A DNA stretch of 62,561 nucleotides, the filler included, from Nemertoderma westbladi (lineage: Eukaryota > Animalia > Xenacoelomorpha): the NCBI GenBank assembly GCA_032718475.1. It is 3 parts of 3 records of this genome, joined end to end, with 100 filler letters (N's around TTAATTAATTAA, not from the genome) between each part and the next. Parts side by side here need not be neighbours in the genome. Positions count along the whole stretch, not along the records: positions 28,515 to 54,586 come from JAUCBJ010002689.1; 2 more parts are not named here. One strand, given 5' to 3'. Of the stretch, positions 38,901-51,997 are shown one piece after another (the stretch's first letter is position 1; each line of letters starts with the position of its first letter). A model generated the notes under the pieces. It was given only the letters and a program-made list of their open reading frames with translations, ran no database searches and had not been told where the DNA came from. A program made the translations under genes and the position numbers.

Positions 38901-41900
38901 CTCTTCCGGAGAAAATCAACGTAAATACATTAAATTGTAACCTAATATGAATGAATATTTTGTAACTGAATATTTTTACAATTCGATTGGCGACGTCTTG
39001 TATTTCCTTCCGATACAAATTGGGGTTATTAAAGTAAAATATTATAGATACAAGTTGGAAGTGGGGGGAACCACCGAACCAAAACAGTAAATGATAATTA
39101 GGAATATTGTAGAAATACCAATTTATTTGAGAATCAACAATAACCCCATTAGCAATGCATTTGTTTGCCGCCCTTCGGGGTTTCGCGCATGTTTTGCCGC
39201 TCTTTGCCACGCAAAGATTGTGCCAATCGCCGTGTATACGGTAGGTCAAACTGTCTTATACTATAGAAATCACACAATGCCATATTGGTGTTATACAGTG
39301 TGTCGATTAATTCCTGTAATCGTATTCGCACTGTATGTTTAATTAAGTAATGAGTATCACGTACAATAAAATCATAATAGCGATATTGAGTTCGCACATT
39401 AAAGTCCTCAAACCGACTTTATTATTGGCTAAACAAACCAGCCACTTTGATTTGTTCCGCCACAACCTACTGTATTATTGTACCACAGTGTGTATGGTAG
39501 TTGTAGTAGTAGTATAATGTGCAGTTTCTATTACACGAACTTTGTAAACAAAAAAGAAGATAACAATGTAATCTCTGGTGATTTTATAACCCTCTTTGGC
39601 TGAAATCGAACCGAAAAATAGTAAATATTGCATTAATTAAACCCCTAAACTCAATACTCCATAGCTTAGGGCCCACTGTTAGCTCAGAACAATATTTAGC
39701 ACACAATCCGTATCTGTTATCTGTAGTTTAAACATTGTCGGATTGTTTATTTTTTTAAGGAGATGTGTTGTATAGAAAAAATTATGCATTTTTCCAAGTT
39801 GAATTTGGAATTATTGATGTCACACAAGAGCTATGTGTCGTGCAGAACTAACTTGGTCCGTAAAATAACACAGTATAACAATTGGTGCAACCTAACACAC
39901 ACAGACTGGAGTCATACAATAATACAGTAGTTCCACCTGCCCCCATTTAGAATAACAAAACGTGTCTTCCTCTCCACATAATTGAAACCTTTTGACTAAC
40001 CGTGCAGAATTTTGCGCAAAGTTTAATTTTACAAAAGAGATTTGGAAAAACGAACATCTGGCATACCGGTACCGGTTTGAAAACATAATGGAGCTTTACC
40101 GTGCAGGCCTATAGTGATTATAAATATCCAAACAACAGCTAATTCATTATGTTTGTTGGTTTGTTAGTGTAGGATTTATAAATTAGCCGAGTGTAATCGC
40201 TACACCGACAGCCACAACCGACAGCAACAAATATGAAACTGTAACCTGCTTGATTTGGTTGGAATCCGTCCACAGTAATGTAACCTGTTCCTTTCCCACA
40301 ATTTATAAGGATTAGCTTGAATTAGAGTTTTAATAATGGTTGTCCCTATATGGATGTCATGTCGGTTGTCTAGCTTTTTCACACGAAATAGCCTATACAT
40401 AATACAGTTTAAAAATACATTTTTATCTCAAATTGTTGACACAAACAAATGATGAGAAACGGCTGATAAAAGTTTTATGTTTATTAATTCTATTTGCGCC
40501 TCATAGGAACACATTTTATGATGTGCGTGTGTCGCGTTTGGTGGATGCTTGACGTTCCGAAATCGGGTGTTTTATAGTACACCGGATGGTACCAGCAGCT
40601 TACATCCACCAAAAGCGTTGTAATAAACAATTGGACCCCCGAGGTTTTAATTAACCCGGCACTGTATAACTGCGTCGCTGTATTTGTTTTTAATAACCCT
40701 AAAATAAATGGCACAAACTTTACTAACTCGTTAAACATTCCGACGTGGTCTTTGGATTTCTAATTACGCCGCAGAGTTACACTACCCGAATTACTCCGCA
40801 GTGTTACACTACCCGAAATACTCCGCAGTGTTACACTACCCGGATTACTCCGCAGTGTTACACTACCCGAATTACTCCGCAGTGTTACACTACCCGAATT
40901 ACTCCGCAGTGTTACACTACCCGAATTACTCCTCAGTCCGCAGTGTTACACTACCCGAATTACTCCGCAGTGTTACACTACCCGAATTACTCCGCAGTGT
41001 TACACTACCCGAATTACTCCGCAGTGTTACACTACCCGAATTACTCCGCAGTGTTACACTACCCGAATTACTCCGCAGTGTTACACTACCCGAATTACTC
41101 CGCAGTGTTACACTACCCGAATTACTCCGCAGTGTTACACTATCCGAATTACTCCGCAGTGTTACACTACCCGGATTACTCCGCAGTGTTACACTACCCG
41201 AAATACTCCGCAGTCCGCAGTGTTACACTACCCGAATTACTTCGCAGTGTTACACTACCCGAATTACTCCGCAGTGTTACACTACCCGAATTACTCCGCA
41301 GTGTTACACTACCCGAATTACTACGCAGTGTTACACTACCCGAATTACTCCGCAGTGTTACACTACCCGAATTACTCCGCAGTGTTACACTACCCGAATT
41401 ACTCCGCAGTGTTACACTACCCGAATTACTCCGCAGTGTTACACTACCCGAATTACTCCGCAGTGTTACACTACCCGAATTACTCCGCAGTGTTACACTA
41501 CCCGAATTACTCCGCAGTGTTACACTACCCGAATTACTACGCAGTGTTACACTACCCGAATTACTCCGCAGTGTTACACTACCCGAATTACTCCGCAGTG
41601 TTACACTACCCGAATTACTCCGCAGTGTTACACTACCCGAAATACTCCGCAGTCCGCAGTGTTACACTACCCGAATTACTCCGCAGTGTTACACTACCCG
41701 AATTACTCCGCAGTGTTACACAACCCGAATTACTCCGCAGTGTTACACTACCCGAAATACTCCGCAGTGTTACACTACCCGAATTACTCCGCAGTGTTAC
41801 ACTACCCGAATTACTCCGCAGTGTTACACTACCCGAATTACTCCGCAGTGTTACACAACCCGAATTACTCCGCAGTGTTACACTACCCGAATTACTCCGC

Positions 41901-44900
41901 AGTGTTACACTACCCGAATTACTCCGCAGTGTTACATTACACGAATTACTCCGCAGTGTTACACTACCCGAATTACTCCGCAGTGTTACACTACCCGAAT
42001 TACTCCGCAGTGTTACACAACCCGAATTACTCCGCAGTGTTACACTACCCGAATTACTCCGCAGTGTTACACTACCCGAATTACTCGGCAGTGTTACACT
42101 ACCCGAATTACTCGGCAGTGTTACACTACCCGAATTACTCCGCAGTGTTACACTACCCGAATTACTCGGCAGTGTTACACTACCCGAATTACTCCGCAGT
42201 GTTACACTACCCGAATTACTCCGCAGTGTTACACTACCCGAATTACTTCGCAGTGTTACACTACCCGAATTACTCGGCAGTGTTACACTACCCGAATTAC
42301 TCCGCAGTGTTACACTACCCGAATTACTCCGCAGTGTTACACTACCCGAATTACTTCGCAGTGTTACACTACCCGAATTACTCCGCAGTGTTACACTACC
42401 CGAATTACTCCGCAGTGTTACACTACCCGAATTACTCCGCAGTGTTACACTACCCGAATTACTCCGCAGTGTTACACTACCCGAATTACTCCGCAGTGTT
42501 ACACTACCCGAATTACTCCGCAGTGTTACACTACCCGAATTACTCCGCAGTGTTACACTACCCGAATTACTCCGCAGTCCGCAGTGTTACACTACCCGAA
42601 TTACTCCGCAGTGTTACACTTCCGAATTACTCCGCAGTGTTACACTACCATACCATAATATGTGCTTTTTGGGATATTAACAAATTCTATATACATCAAA
42701 TAATATGGGAACTATGCATCAAAAAAAATAATAACACCAATTATTAAACTGTGTGGCGGTGTAGCTCAGTTGGTGGAGCGCTGGGCCTGCCATCCACTGG
42801 TTGTAGGTTCAGCCCCGCTAGGGTCCACTCAGCCTTTCATCCACTTGTGTCGATAAAATGAGTACCAGTTAAATTACTGGGAGCAAAACAAGGGTTAAGA
42901 GTAAGTAGCGCCCACCGCCACCCCTAATCTCGGGTAGCAGCAATCGAAAGAGGAGCCTTCGGGTCGCCTCCGGACTCGGCCGACTGTTTGTTTTGTGATG
43001 CCATAATAGATAAGAAATAATTATGTGTGCGTGCATATGTACAAATTAAACTGCTGAATGGGTGTGTATATGTTTTAAAAATCACTCACCTCGCCTATTG
43101 AAGTATTTGTAAGTATTTGTACCGTATATATACAGAACCTAAACCAATGGAAGATTCCCTACTCATTGTAACTGTTGTTTTTTTTTCAAATTATATAATT
43201 TTATCAAAATGGAAATCGTCAGTATCGATTTAGTTCGAAACATTATAGTTACATGGATGTGTCACATGCTGCGTGTATCCTAAATATTTATACCAGAGTA
43301 TTATATATATCAACGGATAGGTACCCAATGGAGGGTGAAATGTGCCAATATAAAATTATCGAATAATTATAATGTTTTATTAAGTAATTTAAACAGGACT
43401 TAGGATGATCCAACTCTATAGCAAATGGAGCGGAAAAAATGAATTCGCCACCAGCGGGAATGGATCACCCTAAGTCCTGTTTTAATTACTTAATAATTTA
43501 TACAATCTAATGGATGTTAAAAACATATAAATTATAATATTGTTTCATAATTAATTGTCTCAATTACCTATAGAGGGTGGGGGGTGCTCTGGCCGCTATC
43601 AGAATTCATCCATCTCCAGGGGTATATCGAGAGAAATAACATCTAGTTCTCAAAAATAAACTCTTAACCTGTTCTATTTACTTTCGTTTATTGTTTTGGT
43701 TATAGAAACTATACTCCTTTACCTTAATTGATAATTTAACATTGAGACGACGATATATTATTTCACGAAATGAGATTCGCTTATCAGTTAACTCTTTAAG
43801 TATTATTATATGTCCTATATATTTTTATCACTAGGCCTACAATACATATTTACTGTACTAATTAAATTAATTGATATGCTATTATAAAGATGCTGTGACC
43901 TGTGAACACTCTTCCTCTAACCTTCCACCTTTTGTAATTATCATCTCTGTTCCGATGGCGTGAAACTTCTTCCACAATTCCCGTCCATCCAGATCGACCT
44001 TTATATTGGGATGGGGCAGCCCTCCGGGAAGGAAGGATGTGGGACCCGGTAGTGGAGGTGGATAGACCGAGGATAAACCCAGAATGTCGGCGGGGTTGAA
44101 TGAAGGAGGGTATATAGTCGTAGGGAGAAAACCTAAAGAGAACGAATTATGATAATGGCGCCACGTCCAATATATTATACGAAAGCCGCCTACTACCGGT
44201 AACTATCCAAAACTTGTGCTGTATTTATTATGATATGGATTTTATGATAACAACCAGAGGCCTGTTTGTTGAACACTTCAGTGATGTACCGGTATTTTAC
44301 GAAGTAGACCAGTAGGCGATATGTGATGTGCGAGGTATACGATATATAAAGTAAATCTAATGCATTTATATTCAACAACTTATATCCCACCGGGAAATAA
44401 AGCCACATTTTATACTCATTCGGATTTTAATTAATTAATTAAAAATTAATTAGTTTTAATTATGATATCTGGTTATTTAGATCGGTGGTGTGCTTCCTTC
44501 GTGCTGGTATGATCTGGTATGACCTCGTCTTTACTTCGCCAGCAGTGCCCACTGAATCTAAATCTGCGTTCACGGAGGGTGGTTGATACAGGTGGTATTG
44601 TACCATAAAGCTCGGCGTTTGTCATGTGTTGTCTCCAGCTGATGTTTGGGGTTGCCCTTAGTAGTCTTGTGTAAGAACCATCATTTCGTTGTTCAAGTGA
44701 TTTAGTCAGTGTCCAGGTCTCACCCCCGTATAAAAATACACTTTCCACTGTGGCTCGAAAGACTTAGTCTTCAGGTGCCTGGAGAGTTCTGATTTCCAGA
44801 TGGTGATGGTATCCATTTTTGATAGAGCTACCCAAGCCTTAGCTTTCCTAACTTCTATGTCATTTTTGCTACTCTCAATCTGTGATCCAAGGTACTGGAA

Positions 44901-46573
44901 GTCGTCAACCTTCCTTAGTTGATTATTATCAATGGTTGTCAAGTTTCCATCAACATTAAAGGTCATGAATTCGGTCTTGGTAGCATTTATATGCAATCCA
45001 ACCTCCTTAGCAGCCCTCTCCACTTTATTTAGTAGAAGCTGTGCATCTGCTAGCGTATTAGAGAGCAGGGCAATGTCATCCGCAAAGTCGGTGTCTGTGA
45101 CTGTAGTTGCCGGATATCTACTACTTCTGCGTTCTTGAAGTGTGAATCCCAGATCTTCACCCTTTGTGGCCGTCCTCATTGCGTAATCCAGCACAATTAC
45201 AAATAGTAATGGTGCTAATGTGTCACCTTGTAGTACGCCAGCCAGGATTGAGAAAAACTCAGTTTCACCATCTGGTGAGAGTACCTGCGCTTCTTTGTCA
45301 CAATATAACAATCCAATGCCAGCAACAATTACTTCTGGTATTCCATAAGCTCTTAGGATTTCAAGCATTTTAACTCTATGGATAGAGTCGAATGCCTTCT
45401 TTAAGTCCACAAAAGTCATGACTGCGGGGAGATTCTTTGACTTAATTCCTTCAATCAGTCTCCGTAGTGCAAGTATCTGAGCTATTGTTGATCTACTTGG
45501 TCGAAATCAGTTTTGGCTCTTACGCAGTAGTTTCTCTATGTGAGGCCTAATCCTATATAGAATCATTTTATTGTATATTTTGGCAGCTACCACAAGCAGA
45601 CAGATCCCACAATAGTTTGTTGGTATTTTTAACTTTGTAGGCTATCTTAAGATCTTCTCTCTTACAAGTAACCTCAGAGTTTTGCCATGGCACATACTGT
45701 TTTCGTTTGGGTTTCTGGGGGATATGCCTCTTAGCTGATTCCTTGTGGTCTGTTATTATATTCTGGTATATTGAATCAGTGGACTGATCATCATCCATTG
45801 ACTGAAATGCTTCAAAGCGGTTTTGAACTTCTACTGTGTAAGTATCCTTTACAGTATTGTCACTTATGAGTTTCTCCCAGTCATAGTTGATTTGCTTGCT
45901 TGTCCTGGGTTTGCTGGCTCTCAAACGGAGTCTGATCTCTGCAGTGACAGTTCTGTGGTCCGAACCAATTAGGTTGAACGAGCTGTATGCCTCGCAGTTG
46001 ATCATGCTGTTTCTCCACTTTTTGTTTATAAGGATGTAAATCCAGTTGTGCTTTGGTTCCATTAGGGTATTGAAAGGTCCATAGCTTCCCCTTACTCTTT
46101 TCAAATGTGTTGTTTGTTGGTATCAATTCACATTCTTCCATTAGGTCTAAAAGTAAGTACCCATTTCTGTTAGAACTGGTGTTAACATGGGATTGTGTAA
46201 TTTTAAATTTTTGAAATTCTTAGTTCTTATGTGATTTATTGCTATTAAATGCGATAATTCCTTTTCTGTAAATAATTTTTCCTCTGCGCAAGTTAATTTA
46301 TTATTTAGAAAACATTCGAGTATCTCTAAGTGTCGTATATTTTTTAGATTTCTCACTGAAATGAAGATGTAGGCCTATTTACAATTTCTTACATAGAATA
46401 CAAATACACCCATATCAAATAATAAACGCACCTAAAGGAATGTTATAGCTATCTAAGATATACAAACCGTTCTTTTCATTAACTTGGATAAACTCACCTG
46501 GTTGAATGTGATATAGACCAGAGCCAGTTGCTATGCAACTGTAACCTTGCGATGTTTGTGATTGGTTGGACAT
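32444..46573 (-). CDS. Tbx6-like: T-box transcription factor, 6 coding exons, 390 aa, most similar to Tbx6/Tbx16/Dorsocross subfamily
   Basis: Exons 46498-46573, 43922-44132, 37502-37660, 37174-37282, 34135-34281 and 32444-32914 total 1173 bp. All junctions are GT-AG with matching phases (1,2,2,0,0). The join gives a complete T-domain: [24 protein letters not shown]...[33 protein letters not shown]...LKLTNN...[15 protein letters not shown]...[46 protein letters not shown] and [12 protein letters not shown] point to Tbx6/16; the subfamily call is less certain than the T-box call. Confidence 0.93.
32972..34160. repeat. 42-bp minisatellite filling T-box intron 5
   Basis: Unit GTGACACCTACTAACCTATTCGTTCCGATATGCTGTGACAGT, about 27 copies, overlapping the end of exon 5. 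Confidence 0.97.
34135..34281 (-). CDS. T-box gene exon 5
   Basis: cttttag| acceptor and AAG|gtacgt donor; encodes [49 protein letters not shown]. Confidence 0.96.
34455..37060. repeat. 52/58-bp minisatellite (often a 110-bp dimer) in T-box intron 4
   Basis: Unit GTGGTGTACAACTGCTGGTGTAAGCAGTAGACCAATGCAGTTCCAGGTTCCC with or without GTGGCC; about 47 units. Confidence 0.97.
37174..37282 (-). CDS. T-box gene exon 4
   Basis: ctttacag| acceptor and |gtaagc donor; encodes [36 protein letters not shown]. Confidence 0.96.
37502..37660 (-). CDS. T-box gene exon 3
   Basis: ttttcag| acceptor and AG|gtgag donor; encodes [52 protein letters not shown]. Confidence 0.96.
37745..37895. mobile_element. Palindromic MITE-like element in intron 2
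   Basis: GAATGAAAAAATGCCATAATTTAATTATGCGG pairs imperfectly with CCGCAAAATTAAATTAAGTCATTTTTTTTCATTC. Confidence 0.7.
40765..42650. repeat. 27-bp minisatellite in T-box intron 2
   Basis: Unit TACTCCGCAGTGTTACACTACCCGAAT, about 69 highly homogeneous copies, with occasional 7-bp CAGTCCG insertions. Confidence 0.98.
42755..42997 (+). mobile_element. tRNA-derived SINE with conserved core and RTE-like 3' end
   Basis: A box TAGCTCAGTTGG (42762), B box GGTTCAGCCC (42806), core CTCAGCCTTTCATCC..GTCGATAAAATGAGTACC, and 3' GAGCCTTCGGGTCGCCTCCG. Confidence 0.88.
43377..43496. mobile_element. Palindromic MITE (120 bp)
   Basis: 36-bp TIR TTATTAAGTAATTTAAACAGGACTTAGGATGATCCA with 2 mismatches to the other arm. 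Confidence 0.8.
43922..44132 (-). CDS. T-box gene exon 2 (Pro-rich linker and T-domain start)
   Basis: ctctttag| acceptor and AG|gttag donor; encodes ...[27 protein letters not shown](R). Confidence 0.95.
44480..46143 (-). mobile_element. Degenerate RTE-clade LINE (endonuclease end and RT) in T-box intron 1
   Basis: [15 protein letters not shown]...[46 protein letters not shown], and [14 protein letters not shown]; multiple frameshifts. Confidence 0.93.
46498..46573 (-). CDS. T-box gene, putative coding exon 1 ([25 protein letters not shown])
   Basis: ATG at 46573-46571, 25 open codons plus 1 nt, and a strong CAG|GTGAGT donor. Its phase 1 matches the exon-2 acceptor. No homology support. 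Confidence 0.65.
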
Positions 46574-46899
46574 TTCTTATTGAGTGAAAGGATCTGTCAA
46601 TTCATATAATATGTGTACCTAACAAATCTTCCTCGAATAACGGAAGTTTAATTTAAAACTAATTTTAATTTTAAAATACCAAATTAAAACGAATGCTTAT
46701 AAAGGAATCACTGCTGTAATATAAAGTAATATATATTACTTGATTAAATCAAAAGCGGGGTTATTTATAATTTTTCAATAAGTTATAAAATAAATATGTA
46801 GCTAGTAAAATCCAAATTTTTCAAATATATTAAAAGCTTTGGTTAGTGTGAGCCATATTTATGTAATACTTTAACAATAATATAATGTTAAGTAAGATA

Positions 46900-47000
46900 A
46901 CGGTGACGCAGTTTTGCGTTACAGCCAATCGCATATAGCAATGCAATGCCTAACCGTAATCTATTGGGCTAATTTTATTGTGGAATCTTGTGATTGGATT
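46900..47000 (-). promoter_or_regulatory. Candidate proximal promoter (three CCAAT boxes)
   Basis: CCAAT at 46925, ATTGG at 46963 and 46993, about 350-420 bp upstream of the putative ATG. Confidence 0.3.
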
Positions 47001-47369
47001 AGGCCTCATACTACACCACAGTATTCAAATCCATTGTGCAGGGTTCATATCTTGGTTGGAAAGGCCCTAGTACCAGTATCCTGGAAATTGCAATACATCT
47101 TTTCACCGCTGGGGTTCCGTAAGCAAACATCCGATCTCAGGGTCCAGTAACAATCATTGGCTAACTTAAATTTTACCACCTGCGATAGGAAACAACAACC
47201 TTTTCCATCTTTGTTTCAGAAAGCTTCTTTTAAAACTTGATTCATAGGTCGGAATAACCTTTGACATATTCACTAATCGTCTACTTCACTAATTATTTCC
47301 CCATTTAAACCGGTTGTTATCTTTCTTTCATTGACCATGACAACAATTGGTTTTTAAACTCAGATGCTT

Positions 47370-47425
47370 AAAAAGTTTCTGGGTGGTTGGTGACATCCCG
47401 CCGAACGCCGAGAAAATCACCTGTG
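47370..47425 (-). mobile_element. Possible tiny relic of a restriction-like-endonuclease (CRE-type) non-LTR element
   Basis: VIFSAFGGMSPTTQKLFKHL resembles the P.VFS..GGM....F.K.L motif; the match is very short. Confidence 0.3.
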
Positions 47426-47579
47426 CCCTGTGCGATGTGATGCTGATACTATGTGCTGCGATACAGCCCCGTACTGATCTTGATGGTAGGGGAGGGGGAT
47501 TGCTTACTTACTATATATCTACATTCGGCCTGATGCATTGCAACACTGCACATTGAGATGCTATTGTGGATTAACAAAA

Positions 47580-47800
47580 AATGCGTGCCACCACAACTCC
47601 CTATCCCCCGTGACTTTCGCGAGATTATCCGCATCTTCAAGGTCAGTGTACTTTAAGAAGCATCTTAAGAACTGTCCACGTTGCTTATGTTTTCCAATAG
47701 GCTGCCAAAGCGCAAGACTGTGTACAGGCTGGTCTTCACGAAAAAATAAATGTCCTACAAAACGGAGGAGGCTCAGTTCCAAGGCGCAAGCTTGGGGGTC
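47580..47800 (-). mobile_element. RTE LINE C-terminal fragment
   Basis: LRFVGHLFFREDQPVHSLALWQP....RG...DRELW. Confidence 0.65.
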
Positions 47801-48649
47801 CAATGAGAACTCTAATGTTATATAGTGTCTGGTTGCAGATGTGTGCATTGTACTTGAACTCAGTTAGAACCCATATCATGGACTCCCATATATAGGAGTC
47901 TAAGTAGTCGAACTTTAAGTTTCTGACGTATCCTTATGTGACCAGCTTACTTACAATAATGAATCAATTATAAGGTGCGTTATCCATATGCACGCACAGA
48001 CGCACAGCACCCGAATTCTTAAATTGTTGAAGTGTGATAGATTCACGACATGATAATCATGAGAATCCTTTAAACTGTGAGGCAAGTTTGGAAGTTTCTA
48101 TTTTATTGAATTTGATTGAGTACAAGGAGTTTATGGAATAATAAATAAATATAAACTACTGGTTAAACGATTGCCGTGACATGGACGTCCAATGTTACAC
48201 GTATTTCATTGGCTCTTGTCTTCCGTGTCTGGAATATAATTAAATAATATATTCCACGATGTTTTGCAAGCAAGTAAGATTCGCAGCGGAAAACATGCTA
48301 TATGCTAAGTCTATATCTATTTTGAAACGAAATTCATTTTGCATTGCCCATATCGGTACCAACAAATTCGACAAGGAAGAAGTCGCTTTAGAAACTGGGC
48401 CAATATTGATGAATACACTTTTTTCAAACCTTGTAGTTAAATGTTTGAAAGTGAAGATTTAAAATTACCAACTGCATAAATAGGGTTACCAAAACTATCA
48501 TGTTTCCGATTTCATGCAACTTAATTAAGTTATAAGATTTGTATAAAAGATAGAGAAGGTCGTGTCAAAGAATAAATGAGAGTCGTGTCTTACTTAAGTG
48601 ATACACTATATATTTCTTTCTAGGACATTTATTTATAGTTTTATGTTGT

Positions 48650-48750
48650 CCAGGTGGTTAGAGCATCAGTTCAATAGATAGAGCATCAAAGTTCCTGCCT
48701 TACAAGTAAAGAGAGGAGTATTCGGGTTGCCTCCGGCTCCGGTGGTTCGT
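48650..48750 (+). mobile_element. Internally deleted SINE relic
   Basis: GTGGTTAGAGC head remnant plus the GAGGAGTATTCGGGTTGCCTCCGG tail shared with 42950 and 49475. Confidence 0.5.
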
Positions 48751-49369
48751 GTTTTTTGATGAAGTCCACAGAACCCGGCCGGATAAGGTATAATAAATGC
48801 CAAGACGGTACTGACCAATGTTCTATCCGTATTGCGCCTTGTGTATGCTTATCATGTATGTAAACAGGTGTTGCTTCCAAATGAAAATATTGATTTATAT
48901 GTAAATATTAAAACCACGAGAAAGATGACTATTGCAATACAATATAATCTCTGGTATTATACACATGAATTATTACTGTGATCAAAGTCACTCTAATAAA
49001 ATAATGTATTATTTCTGCATAAGATCAATGATTATTTGGTCAATTAGGCCATCATGTATATTATATCGTTTACAACACGATAAATAGCAGGCCAACATAT
49101 GCTACAAAGAAGCATTCTATGATAGCCGATGAATTTATAAATAAGCAGCTTTATGTTAATAATATATAACAAGTAATCAGATTGGTTCGCACTCCTATAC
49201 TCAAAACAAACAGTGATGAATGGAAAATGAAAAATGCGAGATTATTGAAACAATTTTTTTATTTGACTATTGTCACTCACTCTCGATACAATTTTAACCT
49301 TTACTGCACTGTACTTTGCACCCATAATAATATCTTCCCGATAAATATTAAAATAATTATTACACGCAT

Positions 49370-49532
49370 AAGGGAAGCGAACCCAGTGGTGCAATGGGTT
49401 GAATGATTATAGAGTGTTCAATCTTGGGAGTTAGAGTGGCGCCCTCCCTGCCTTATAGATAACAGCCAAGAGAAAGGAGTCTTCGGGTTGCCTCCGATGA
49501 TTCACACGTTCACCTATCAGTTTACTTTACTG
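49370..49532 (+). mobile_element. SINE 3' portion with RTE-like tail
   Basis: AGGAGTCTTCGGGTTGCCTCCG followed by a (TTTAC)n tail; homologous to 15260-15350. Confidence 0.7.
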
Positions 49533-49590
49533 CTTGTTCAAGAGAGTTGCATTCGACAGTTTTATTGTGGTAACGTTTGAGATTCACGCT

Positions 49591-49762
49591 GGGGAGGGGG
49601 AGGGAGGAGGAGGGAGGGGGAGGCCGGGAGGGAGGAGGGGGAGGCCGGGAGGGACGAGGGGGAGGGGGAGGCCAGGAGGGAGGAGGGAGGAGGGGGAGGG
49701 GGAGGCCAGGAGGGAGGAGGGGGGGAGGGGGAGGCCGGGAGGGAGGAGGAGGGAGGGGGGAG
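49591..49762 (+). repeat. Purine/G-rich low-complexity tract (G-quadruplex/triplex potential)
   Basis: More than 20 G-runs in (GGGAGGAGGGGGAGGCC)-like units. Confidence 0.85.
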
Positions 49763-51997
49763 ATCAAATTTTCAACCACTTTTTTTTATATTCGCCACAC
49801 ATCGCCCTCCTTCAATTTTTTCAAAAATTGAATAATTGAACAGTGGCATATTTAGCGTATTTAAGTTAAGGAGTGGGATAAACCATGAGTGTGAAACTTC
49901 TAAAATGAGGTTGTAAAACATCACTGTCGGCACTACAGAAAGTACTGGGTTGCACTACTGATAGTATTACTGTCGGTTCTACTATTTACATTAACTGTTG
50001 ATGTTAACTTTCGACGCAATAAGAAATAATGATTCTCCAGGGCAAGTAACAACTGATTACTCCCAAAATAAAACTGTAATCTGTTCTAATTACCTTAGTT
50101 TATTGTTTTGGATAGAAGGACGTGACACTGATAACCTATAAAAAATATTTATTTAATTAATTGAATTTATAATTTATTAATAATTTACTCATTTACATTT
50201 AGACATTTATTTACTGACTGACTGATTATTGATTGATACTTTAGGCTACTACTAAATTCAGCGAGACAGTAATATTTCGTCTCAATGTTAAATGACACAA
50301 TACTTTTTTCTTCTCCATTGACATCACTCATTGTGTCCTCTGATTTTGACTTTTATTTCATTTCGTTTAATTTGTTTTATTTACTTCATGCATTGTTATA
50401 GTACTTCTAATACTTCTAATTGCACATTATATTTAATGTAAATTTAAAACTGACAAATTTATGTTGATGAAAGAGGACGCCGCCTTGTCGCAATGCGAGT
50501 TGGCGGTGGAATTGGGTGGCGGTGGAATTGGGTGGCGGTCGCCCTAAAATGTGAAGTCTGATATGGGTGATATGATTATGAAGATGATCAGCAACTCCAT
50601 CTGTTTATATGCCCAAACTACACCCCCATCTGTAAAAGCTTCTGTGGGATATAACTGGCCCTTTTGCTTCGCAATCCAGTTTCCCCCCAGGCGCTGGAAT
50701 ACTCTAAAAAGCTCTCTAACTATATATATATTCCCCTCGCCCGCAAGGTACCGTTATAGGTGTTTTAACGGACATAAAAGTCATTCTTCTATATACGTGC
50801 TTTGGAGGACATGGTAAGGCAAAAAACCCGCAATGCACCAAATACATTTACACAGCTTAGCCGTGATGATTCAGATTACGACATCTAACAGCTGGTTGCT
50901 GACATGGAAACGGCCATTGGACAAATGGTTCTTTGTTTAGCTTAAGCCAATCAGAGCGATTTTTTCTGTCGATGTGGAGATATTCGGCCGATCATACTAG
51001 GAGTGTTCAGTCTTACTGTTTTTTCTTGATACTGTTGTGTTGTTTCTATCTAGGCCAGGAACACCGGCTCTAGAGTCAACTCGTTTTCATACTTTAGAAG
51101 AAACATTAGTAGGCTTAAATTATAGAGCGTATAACTGTTATCATAACATAACAATCGGTGCAACTCCGTTCAGTCTTGCATTATCGGTTCAACATACATT
51201 ATTATACTGCTGTTTACTGTTGTGTTTTGGTTGAATATTATTTGGAGAACATATATAAAGAACCCAAATTTCCCAATTTTCTTGATACACTACAGGTTAG
51301 AGAGACGGGTTATATATAGCGATTGCGACTTATATTGTTGTGGTTTGTAGTGAATTTAATGCTATTTGATAAGCACTACATAGGTCAATTGCTGTTCGCT
51401 TTATATATGATAAAATTCATTGACGGTCGGCAAATTAGTGAGCAGTATTGTGTGTTACCGGTAGTGTGCCTGATTGTGACTGATAACTAAGCATTTCCTA
51501 AAGAATGCGCCTCATACGTGAATCATAAGCCTTACTGACTTACCGTTGTGATTAGTATAAGTCATATCTCTGTTTACCTAGATAGAGCGCCACGTCCTAA
51601 AGGAACTGTTAATATTTCCCGAAAGTGAATAATATTAGTCAGAAATTATTTATTAACGATCAATCGAATAATACAGTAAGCTTACACTGCAATAATAATC
51701 TAAGCCCTCAGAATCCAGCCCCCCGGGTATATCCAGCGGGTGAATGGACGCGCACTAGGCTGGCTTCTGCTAATGTTGTGTTTATTGGTATTAAATATTT
51801 GTCAACTTCTAAAGTCTATTTGTAAACCAAAAGACATATAAATTTTGGCAGGTTAAACTGCTAAAGGTCTTCAAAAGCGCGTACAATAACAGTTATTGAC
51901 TTTATTGCAGTAAACAATAAAGTTGAAAGTACCGGTCAACCGGTAAACCTGAACCGGTACATCTGTAGGCATTAATCGTTAAAAATTGTGACTGTTA

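Noticed and set aside
40745-42747. 486-648 aa ORFs in three frames
   Set aside because: They are translations of a stop-free 27-bp minisatellite inside an intron.
42755-42825. tRNA gene (also 28802-28870)
   Set aside because: A and B boxes are present but there is no convincing cloverleaf, and the sequence continues into a SINE core and tail.
49522-49839. Pro- or Gly/Arg-rich ORFs
   Set aside because: Translation of the G-rich low-complexity tract.
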